A stretch of DNA of 64,000 bases. Source: Chloropicon primus (taxonomy: Eukaryota). The DNA is taken from assembly GCA_023205875.1 (NCBI GenBank), contig CP060760.1, positions 682,001 through 746,000 of the forward strand. Reading direction: 5' to 3'. A program made the position numbers and the translations under genes. Below are positions 32,896-44,000 of the stretch, piece after piece. The notes beneath the pieces are model-generated. The model did no database searches and was not told where the DNA came from. It was given only the letters and a program-made list of their open reading frames with translations. Each line of letters starts with the position of its first letter. Within the stretch, counting starts at the first letter, position 1.

Positions 32896-33409
32896 CTTTG
32901 CTGCGTCGTCTTCGTTGATGCTTCCAAGGTTGCGGACTTGGGAGGCCCCATCGGCCCAATCGTCAACCCCTTGAGCGGCTGAGGGCCACCTCTATCCCCT
33001 TGATCGACGGGGCGACCGCCACACTCCGCACCGTGACGCCAATCGAGGGAAGCCAAGGTGGGTGTCCTCTCTCTCTCCTGGGTAACTGCTCGCGAGATGA
33101 GGAGAGGGAAGGGGCTACCCATCGAGGAGAAGGATGATGGTGGTGGGGTGGGGGAGGCACCAGCAACTTGGGGGGAGACGGCTTTGCGGGGGGCTTCTGG
33201 AGGCAGCGTCTGATGAGCCGGGAGGGCTTTGCTTTGGGGGAAGGAAGGGGGAATCCAAGCCCGCGACCTTGTCGGAGGGGCGAGCGGATTCCAACCTGGT
33301 CGTGGGAAGCCGCCACCAGCGCAACGTTGTGCAGCGCTCGCTCTCGTTTGTCGAGAGTGGCCTAAACTAAATAGTGCATTTCATTGATTTCCTCCGCGAA
33401 AGAATGCGT

Positions 33410-33640
33410 TCAGTACCTGTGGTGCTGCTTCTCCCTCTCGTTGTAGTCCGCGCAGAACCAACCAATGCCCGCAATTGGAAGGATGCAGAAAGGCAACGCG
33501 TCGAAGAGCACGTTCTGCTTCAAATGGTGCATCACCTTGTGTGGGATATCCTTGAAAAGACCCTGCATGACGTTCTGCTCGAAGGGGCTCAGCGTGTAAA
33601 CCACCTCCTTCAGTCTCATGCCCACCTGCTGTTTCCCCAT
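33410..33640 (-). CDS. QCR8: Cytochrome bc1 complex subunit 8 (UQCRQ)
   Basis: MGKQQVGMRLKEVVYTLSPFEQNVMQGLFKD...TM...EREKQHHRY matches plant QCR8; 76 aa. Confidence 0.9.
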   Translation of the reverse strand: MGKQQVGMRLKEVVYTLSPFEQNVMQGLFKDIPHKVMHHLKQNVLFDALPFCILPIAGIGWFCADYNEREKQHHRY

Positions 33641-33970
33641 GGTGCTCACAAACCACACAAGCCACACGAAATCTGAGGAGCGCGAAGGAGACAAAAACAA
33701 CAACAACAACAACAACAACAACAAATTGTTTTTTTGGGGCGCAAGGTGTCAGTCCGTTTGCGCGACGCAACAAGCAAAGCAAAAAAGAAGAGCTCCACGT
33801 CGTTCACGACTCCTTGCTTCCTAGGGTTTTTCTCGCCCCTCTTCCTCCTCCCGTTCCCGAGCCTCCCACGCAAGCAGCGGGACGCCTGGGGCAGGTCGGA
33901 GAGATTCCCGCACGGAGCAAGTGGAGGAGTCACGCGCCGAGGTGGGAGACGGGCGGAAGGCCCCCTCCCC

Positions 33971-34088
33971 CCTCCATCCCCGAAGGAAAGGAAAGAAAGA
34001 AAGCCCCTCTTTCCTCTTCCTCTTCCTCTTCCTCCATCCCCAAAGGAAAGGAAAGAAAGAAAGCCCCTCTTTCCTCTTCCTCTTCCTC
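33971..34088 (+). repeat. 60-bp tandem duplication made of a purine tract followed by a pyrimidine tract
   Basis: cctccatcccc(g/a)aaggaaaggaaagaaagaaagcccctctttcctcttcctcttcctc at 33971 and 34031. Confidence 0.9.
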
Positions 34089-34952
34089 CCCCCCACGGGA
34101 CCCCCGCCTCCTCCGAGGCGACGCGACGGAAGGGAAAGCAGAACCACGACCTCTCGAGCGTGTTCTCGTTCTCGTTCCCGACCCAAACCCTCCTCGTCCT
34201 CTCCCTCGCGCTCTTACCTTGGGTCGCCGCTCGTTGCTCTCTTCTCTTCTCTCTCGCTCTCGCTCTCGCCGTCGTGGGGTAAGAAGAATGAGTGTACTCG
34301 AGTTTACACTCACGATGGACGGAGACGGATCAACATTAACACCCGAGCACGAACCTCTCCTGGACAATCCATGGGGCCGCGTCGTGGGGAGAGAGGAGCA
34401 AGAAGGCATTAGCATACAGGAAGGATGGGGTTTCCTTCCCTTGAGCTTTCCTTCTGAGTCCAATGCAAGACGTTCCGGTGCAGAGGGTTTCTTTTAATCC
34501 AAGGCGTGGAGGAGTCAAAGAAAGTTGACTTGTTGGGTCGAATCCTTTCCGCGGCCCAGCAGCACCCCCAAGGGATTCAATTCTGAGGCCCGAGCCAACC
34601 TTCTTTTTCGCTTCGAACAGGGGAGAGGCAAGAGGCACGTCCATTGCACAACATAGAACGAGGCAACCTTGCTTGCTTGCTTTGTTTCGTTTGGTTTGGT
34701 TTTGTCCCCAGGACAACGCAGAACGAGCCCGGCATTGTGGAAACGCTGCGCGCACGCACGCACGGTCTGGCTTGCGAGGACAAAGGAAAACCCGAGCAAG
34801 CGGTTTGGTTTCTCGTCGGCTTTACCCAGTGGCAAGCCAAGTTCGGTGTTGATACTACCTCTCTGGCGGTGAAGGAGCGATGCGTGTGGAGTAAGGAAAG
34901 GCATCTCAGCAGCTGAACATTCTCTTCGCTGAAGTGGAGCCCAAACCATCGA

Positions 34953-35006
<54 letters not shown>
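34953..35006 (+). repeat. Compound (GT)n(GA)n microsatellite upstream of the giant repeat protein
   Basis: Read directly. Confidence 0.9.
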
Positions 35007-35011
<5 letters not shown>

Positions 35012-35096
35012 AGGGGGAGCTTGTTGCAGAATAACACTTGGAGCAGTGCTTGAATAGACTTGGACATGTGCACAAGAAGCGGGCGTGTATAATAGA

Positions 35097-38000
35097 ATGG
35101 GACACAGAGAAACCAGGGCTGGCTTGCCCTTGTGCCTGGTGGTCTCTCTCCTGCTCTTGATTTTGAGCTTGGAGGGGACGAGAGCACAAGATGTGAGGCT
35201 CAAGACTATCACCAAGCAGAAGAATTGGTCTGCTCTCGGAAAGCTCTTTGTATTCGATGCCGGGCAGGTTGGTATCGGGCCAATTTTCGCCAACGTCACG
35301 CCAGTCGAAGAGCTTGACATAGACGGCAGCGCGAGGATAAGGGGTTCCATCATATTTGACGACTCGAACCACAACCCGGCAATCCAGCTCCCCGAGAACA
35401 ACTTCAAGTCTCTGTCTATCGGGGAGGTGAACAGGGGGTACATAACACTCAACACGGAGAGCCAAAGGATCGAGTCGCAGCAGTCTGTCGCTTTCACGGG
35501 CGAGGAGGACACGGAGAGAAAAATTCTTGTCCCCGAAGAAAGGTTTGAGTCTCTGCAGATCCGAACTTTCTACGGGACGGAGCTCTTCAGCCTTCATACC
35601 CTGCAAGGGCTTGAAGAGACCCAGATTCACACATCCTTGTCCGTCAACAAAGATGTGACGATAGACGGCCCGGTGCACTTGACGGACTTCACCGATGTCA
35701 CCTCTCTCAAGAGGGCCGCTCTCGAGATCAATGGCGGCGTCAGTGTGAAGAAGAGTGCCATCTTTGGAGAAGACGTCGAGATCAGGGGAATGTTCCGCTT
35801 CCCCGGAGGTCTGGTCGACTCGGACTTTGCCGTGGCGTCCACGAGGAATGCCACCAGCGTCTCCGAGGCTTCCATGCACACGAGGGGAGGTCTGGCGGTG
35901 GAGAAGAACGCGATCATAGGAGGCCCCGTGTTCGTGGTGGACAACACCACCGCGACGAGCAGCTCGGAGGCAAGCATCACCACGAATGGTGGGCTTGGGG
36001 TTGCGAGAGACGTCGTCGTTGACGGGAACATGGATTTGGGGGCGGCCCTGACAACTGGTGGAAGAATTGAGATACTCGATATGACAGATTTGTCTCTTGA
36101 AACTTCCGGTGGTATTTTCTCCAAGGGTCCAATCGACTCCGAGGAAGCCCTCACAGTCATTGCACCAAAGGGAATAGTTGTGGAGAAAGATGCGATTATT
36201 GGCGGCACCACAAGTGTCACGGGGGACACTGATATTGGAGGTGTGCTCTCCGTCTTCTACGGTATGGACGTGTTGAAGGGGGCCACTATTGACGGCCCGG
36301 TGCACTTGACGGACTTCACCGATGTCACCTCTCTCAAGAGGGCCGCTCTCGAGATCAATGGCGGCGTCAGTGTGAAGAAGAGTGCCATCTTTGGAGAAGA
36401 CGTCGAGATCAGGGGAATGTTCCGCTTCCCCGGAGGTCTGGTCGACTCGGACTTTGCCGTGGCGTCCACGAGGAATGCCACCAGCGTCTCCGAGGCTTCC
36501 ATGCACACGAGGGGAGGTCTGGCGGTGGAGAAGAACGCGATCATAGGAGGCCCCGTGTTCGTGGTGGACAACACCACCGCGACGAGCAGCTCGGAGGCAA
36601 GCATCACCACGAATGGTGGGCTTGGGGTTGCGAGAGACGTCGTCGTTGACGGGAAAACGGCCATAGGAGAGACACTCACAGTGGACAAGGAAATTTTCTC
36701 CAAGAAAGGCATATTGATTACGGACGAAACAGAGGCGTCTTACGACGATCGGACCAACACCCTATCTGCGAGTTTGCTGACATCAGGTGGCATTGCTGCG
36801 GATATGGATGTGTACAGCAACCAGCAGTTTGTTTCGTATGGCCTCGAAATAAAGAGTGATGAGATGTCGACTGGAGTAGAAAGTGGGAGCATTCATTCCA
36901 TTGGAGGGATGGGTATTGAGGGCAACGTCTTCATCGGAAAGAGGGTGAGAGTCGAGGACGACAGCAACGTTGACTATGATGCTGAGGCCAACACGATGTC
37001 AGGGAGTTTGGTGACAGAGGGTGGCCTGGGCGTTTCAAAGGACGTTTACATTCTCAAGACACTGAACATCAATGACAGGACGAACGCAGGGTATTATTAT
37101 GACTATGATCTCGAAGAATCTATCCTGGGCGGGAGTATAGTCACTTCAGGAGGCATTGCTGCAGAGAGGGACATCCTGACCAATGCCAAGTTCATTTCGA
37201 GCAGGGGCCTGGAAGTATACAACGATGAGGGAAGCACGAATTCTACTTCTGGCAGCATGAAAACCAAGGGTGGGCTAGGCGTGGAGAAGAACGTATCCAT
37301 AGGTCAAACGCTAAATGTGGAGAGCACCTTGAACGCTGCTTATGCTGATGTCTGGCACCAAGAAGGTGAAGAACACCAAGGATCCAAAACGTCTGGGAGC
37401 ATCCACACGGAAGGAGGTATCGGAGCTGAGGAGGATATTGTGAGTGGAGGCAACATGATCGCCGGTGCAGGCATGCAAGTTCTTAATTACACTCAGAGCA
37501 ACAGCTCTGACACCGGGAGTTTCACCACATCTGGAGGTGTTGGGATCGCAAGAAACCTGTACGTTGGGGAGAGGATTGACGTGGAGGACAGCACGCAGGC
37601 GACAATCAGTGAATCTTCCACCACAGGCAGCATCCACACGGATGGTGGTATTGGAGCAGACAGAGATATTGTCGCTACAGGCAACATGAAGACTTCCGCA
37701 GGATTGCAGGTGACCTCCACAACGGAGAGCTATGCCTACAACCAGGGCAGCATCACCACCACCGGAGGTGTTGGGATTCAAAAGAACTTGTACGTTGGGG
37801 AGAGAATTGACGTGGACGACAGCACGCAGGCGACAATCAGTGGATCTTACACCTCAGGCAGCATCCACACGGATGGTGGTATTGGAGCAGACAGAGACAT
37901 TATTGCGGCAGGCAACTTGAAGACTGCCACGGGGTTGCGCGTGACCTCCACAACGGAGAGCTATGCCTACAACCAGGGCAGCATCACCACATCCGGAGGC

Positions 38001-41000
38001 ATGGGAGTGCAGAAGCACATTTATGCCCATGGTGGGATTGAGGTTTCGACGAACGAGCAGTCGTATCTGTATGGATCGTACACCACAGGCAGCATCCACA
38101 CTTCAGGTGGTATCGGAGCAAACAGAGATATTGTCGCTTCAGGCAACATGAAGACTGCCACGGGGTTGCAGGTGACCTCCACAACGGAGAGCTATGCCTA
38201 CAACCAGGGCAGCATCACCACATCCGGAGGCATGGGAGTGCAGAAGCACGTTTATGCCCATGGTGGGATTGAGGTTTCGACGAACGAGCAGTCGTACCTG
38301 TATGGATCGTACACCACAGGCAGCATCCACACTTCAGGTGGTATCGGAGCAAACAGAGATATTGTCGCTTCAGGCAACATGAAGACTGCCACGGGGTTGC
38401 AGGTGACATCCTCCACGAACAGTCACTACTACAACCAGGGCAGCATCACCACCACTGGAGGTGTTGGGATTCAAAAGAACTTGTACGTTGGGGAGAGGAT
38501 TGACGTGGACGACAGCACACAGGCGACAATCAGTGGATCTTACACCTCAGGCAGCATCCACACGGATGGTGGTATTGGAGCAAACAGAGACATTATCGCG
38601 GCAGGCAACTTGAAGACTGCCACGGGGTTGCAGGTGACATCCTCCACGAACAGTCACTACTACAACCAGGGCAGCATCACCACCACTGGAGGTGTTGGGA
38701 TTCAAAAGAACTTGTACGTCGGGGAGAGGATTGACGTGGACGACAGCACACAGGCGACAATCAGTGGATCTTACACCTCAGGCAGCATCCACACGGATGG
38801 TGGTATTGGAGCAAACAGAGACATTATCGCGGCAGGCAACTTGGAGACTGCCACGGGGTTGCGCGTGACGTCCTCCACGAACAGCACGAACTCGTCCTCA
38901 GGCAGCATTGTGACATCCGGAGGTGTGGGGATTGCAAAGAGCCTCCATGTGGGGGAGGAAGTGAATGTGACCAGCACTCTCCATATCCAGAGCACCGAGG
39001 AGGCTGAGTACGAAAACGCAGGACCAAGCGGCCCGTCTATCAACGGAAGCATCACGACAGAGGGCGGCGTTTTCGCTGCAAAAGATATTTTGAGTGCAGG
39101 CAATGTGAAAGCGCTTGCTGGCATTCAAGTTAATGCCAGTGTGGACGTCAGTGAGACTATTTCTGTCAACAGCACTGAGAATGCAGCTTTTGTCGAAGGG
39201 ACGGGAGCAGTTGAGACCGAGACTGAGCCAGTGTGGGTTCAAATATTGTCTGGAGACACCACCTGCAACAAGGACGTCTATCCTAACGATGGAGCAGCGA
39301 GGTACTATGGTTCTCTACATTACGATTGTACCACACCACAAGTTTGTCTTAACTATTGCGACGCGTATTACCCACAGGCTCCTTTCGTGGACTACTGGGT
39401 CGAGACTGATGTACCGAACGCGTGCTGGTGTAATTGCTACAAGGCGCCTTGCAACCCTCCAACACGTCGTGTACAAGGAGAACAGATTCAGGTGTTCGAG
39501 AGACAGAATGTAACTACAGCGAAAGGTGGTCTTTCTGGTAGCATCAAGACCCAAGGTGGTCTTGGAGTTAGGCAAGATATTGTTACCATGCAAAACGTGA
39601 GAGCCTACGGAACGACCAATGCCTTCAGCGTTTCGGGGGAATCATCTGAGCCTTCTGTTGGCGGGAGCATCCATACTGCTGGAGGGATTGTTGCGGAAAA
39701 AGATATCCTGGCACTTCAGAAAATGATAGCTGTTGAAGGCCTGCACGTGAATTCCACGACAAGGAGCACAGACGCTGCTACTGGCAGTATCACATCACTT
39801 GGTGGCCTTGGCGTTGCGCAGGACATCAATGTTGGTGAACAAATGCACATTTACGGCACCAACAACGCCGAATCCGATATTGAGGCCGGAGAACTCTTTG
39901 GCAGTCTCGTCACAGATGGTGGAATTGCCGCTGACAAGGATATCTTGACCAATGAGAACCTTGTGTCGTATGGTCTGATACTCAATGCGGAAAGCATTGG
40001 ATCCACAAGCATCGTAGCCGAAGGTGGCATTGACATTGGAGGCAGAGGTTTTATTGGTGGAAAGCTCGCTGTGGACAATGACGTCGTCGCAAAGAGCAAC
40101 ATGACTGTGCACAATGGCCTATCGGTCCTGGACACCACGGAAGCTACGTATAACGAGAAGGACGGAAGCTATTCGGGCAGTTTCAGAACCCGTGGAGGCA
40201 TCTTTGCCATGAAGGATATGATGACGGGAGGAAATTTTAGGAGTTTAGGAGGAATAGCTGTAGACTCGGGTGTTGAGAGCACAAGCTCGGATACTGGAAG
40301 TTTAACCACAGATGGTGGGCTTGGGGTAGGAATGAGTGCCCACATTGAAGAAAACCTCAATGTCCTAAGTGATGAGAACGCTTTGTATCAAAAGGGCGAA
40401 GCAACTGCAAGCATCCACACTGCTGGTGGCATCGCAGCAGAGAAAGATATTCTTGCTCTGGGCTCCATAACGTCAGTGTCAGGACATTCACACATAGCAG
40501 AGCTAAAGGTCAGCGGCAAGACTGAGATTGATGGCACCCTGAGTGCTGACGGTGACTTGTCTGTCAATTATGACAAGTTCACTGTGGATGCATCTACGGG
40601 CAACACAGATGTGAAAGGCACGTTGGATGTTCATCAGGATACCTCGCTTGAAGCGAAATTGAGTGCTCTTGACGATTTGTCTGTCAATACTGACAAGTTC
40701 ACTGTGCAAGCTTCTACTGGTAACACGAACTTGAAGGGTACTTTGAGCGCTGATGGTTCTGTGTCTATCGGCTATGACATGTTCACTGTGAATGCTGGTA
40801 CTGGCAACACCGCCACGTCTGGCACCCTGAGTGCTGACGGTGACTTTTCTATCAATACTGACAAGTTCGTTGTGGATGCTGCTACCGGCAACACGGCCAT
40901 GTATGGTTTGAGTGCTGACGGTGACTTTTCTATCAATACTAACAAGTTCACTGTGCAAGCTTCTACTGGTAACACGAACTTGAAGGGTACTTTGAGTGCG

Positions 41001-44000
41001 GACGGTGATTTGTTTGTCAATTATGACAAGTTCACTGTGGATGCATCTACGGGCAACACAGATGTGCAAGGCACTTTGGATGTTCATCAGGATACCTCGC
41101 TTGAAGCACACTTGAGTGTTTTTGACGATTTGTCTGTCAATTATGACAAGTTCACTGTGCAAGCTTCTACTGGTAACACGAACTTGAAGGGTACTTTGAG
41201 CGCTGACGGTGATTTGTTTGTCAATACTGACAAGTTCACTGTGGATGCATCTACGGGCAACACAGATGTGAAAGGCACTTTGGATGTTCATCAGGATACC
41301 TCGCTTGAAGCGAAATTGAGTGCTCTTGACGATTTGTCTGTCAATACTGACAAGTTCACTGTGCAAGCTTCTACTGGTAACACGAACTTGAAGGGTACTT
41401 TGAGCGCTGATGGTTCTGTGTCTGTCAATGACGGCAAGTTCACTGTGGATGCTGCTACCGGCAACACGGCCATGTATGGTTTGAGTGCTGACGGTGACTT
41501 TTCTATCAATACTAACAAGTTCACTGTGCAAGCTTCTACTGGTAACACGAACTTGAAGGGTACTTTGAGTGCGGACGGTGATTTGTTTGTCAATTATGAC
41601 AAGTTCACTGTGGATGCATCTACGGGCAACACAGATGTGCAAGGCACTTTGGATGTTCATCAGGATACCTCGCTTGAAGCACACTTGAGTGTTCTTGACG
41701 ATTTGTCTGTCAATTATGACAAGTTCACTGTGCAAGCTTCTACTGGTAACACGAACTTGAAGGGTACTTTGAGCGCTGACGGTGATTTGTTTGTCAATAC
41801 TGACAAGTTCACTGTGGATGCATCTACGGGCAACACAGATGTGAAAGGCACTTTGGATGTTCATCAGGATACCTCGCTTGAAGCGAAATTGAGTGCTCTT
41901 GACGATTTGTCTGTCAATACTGACAAGTTCACTGTGCAAGCTTCTACTGGTAACACGAACTTGAAGGGTACTTTGAGCGCTGATGGTTCTGTGTCTGTCA
42001 ATGACGGCAAGTTCACTGTGGATGCTGCTACCGGCAACACGGCCATGTATGGTTTGAGTGCTGACGGTGACTTTTCTATCAATACTAACAAGTTCACTGT
42101 GCAAGCTTCTACTGGTAACACGAACTTGAAGGGTACTTTGAGTGCGGACGGTGATTTGTTTGTCAATTATGACAAGTTCACTGTGGATGCATCTACGGGC
42201 AACACAGATGTGAAAGGCACTTTGGATGTTCATCAGGATACCTCGCTTGAAGCGACATTGAGTGTTCTTGACGGTTTGTCTGTCAATACTGACAAGTTCA
42301 CTGTGCAAGCTTCTACTGGTAACACGAACTTGAAGGGTACTTTGAGCGCTGATGGTTCTGTGTCTATCGGCTATGACATGTTCACTGTGAATGCTGGTAC
42401 TGGCAACACCGCCACGTCTGGCACCCTGAGTGCTGACGGTGACTTGTCTGTCAATTATGACAAGTTCACTGTGGATGCATCTACGGGCAACACAGATGTG
42501 AAAGGCACGTTGGATGTTCATCAGGATACCTCGCTTGAAGCGACATTGAGTGTTCTTGACGGTTTGTCTGTCAATACTGACAAGTTCACTGTGCAAGCTT
42601 CTACTGGTAACACGAACTTGAAGGGTACTTTGAGCGCTGATGGTTCTGTGTCTATCGGCTATGACATGTTCACTGTGAATGCTGGTACTGGCAACACCGC
42701 CACGTCTGGCACCCTGAGTGCTGACGGTGACTTTTCTATCAATACTAACAAGTTCGCTGTGAATGCTGCTACTGGCAATACGGCTGTGCAGGGTACTTTG
42801 AATGTTGAGGGTTCTGCCGCTATCAATACTGACAAGTTCACCGTGGATGCTTCTACGGGAAACACGGCCTTGAAGGGTACTTTGAGCGCTGATGGTTCTG
42901 TGTCCATTGCGAGTACATCCCAAGCTCAAATCCACGATGTTCTTAATCATGGCCTGGGAGATGACGCCATTATCGGTACTTACTACACAGAGGGAAGCTT
43001 GCACACAGACGGTGGCCTTGGAGTCGACAAGGACATCATGGCGGTTGGAAACATTCGTTCGATGTCAGGGTTCCTAGTATTGAGTGACTATGACGTTACG
43101 TATACACCGGCATCAGGCATGACTCCAGCCAGTGTGGAAGCGAGCATCCAGACTGCCGGGGGCATTGGAGCCACCAAAGACATAGTTTCTTTGGCGAATG
43201 TTAAAGCATATGGAACAACAGATGCAAGCGTCTCGGGAGGCAGTGTGTCCGCAGCCATCCAGACTGCTGGTGGCATTGCAGCTGAGAAGGACATTGTGAC
43301 CCTGCAGAATATGAGAGCTTATGGGACTTTCCGAGTTGACGGCACGACTGTCAGCACAAGCCACTCTACTGGAAGCATCATCACTTCCGGAGGTATTGGG
43401 GTCCTGAAAGATTCCCATTTTGGTTCCGATGTGATTGTTGGGACTGATCACTGGGTAAAGTCTGATCATCTGAAGGTGGCAAGTACAACAAACGACTTGC
43501 TTTTGCAAGCGGGTGCCGGGAAGAAACTCCGCTTAGCATTCGCCGACTCGAGCACGTCAGTTACGAATTCGTTGTCCTTGTTTGGAGACGAAATGAACTT
43601 TGTTCACTCGAAGGCAGAGATAGGTTCGAGTTTCGTGAACGTGGGTTGCTTCAGGTTGGACAAGCATTCTGCCATGACAGCGATAATGTACGTTCATGGG
43701 AAATTCCTTAACTCGGGTTCTGCGACGGTGCCGGACATCGGAAGATTCCAGCTGTCCCTCGTCAACAACGGATTCGCCGCTCCTGAAACCCTTGAGGGTA
43801 ACACGGGTGTGAGCGGAGTTTTCTCCATTTCGGGACAGTTGTCCGTAAGAATTGTCAAGGCAGGCTCTGGGGATGGCAGCGTTGGAACGGGTGGGGAGAA
43901 CAACTTCCAGATTCAGCTCTTGCACGCAGGGAACTCCCAAGCCTCCTTTGACCCCTTCAACATCATTTTCATAACGACTGGCTCGTATGACCAATGTACC

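Noticed and set aside
40551..42893. Regularly spaced repeats that could be mistaken for a CRISPR array
   Set aside because: All units are in-frame coding repeats without unique spacers; eukaryotic context and no cas genes.
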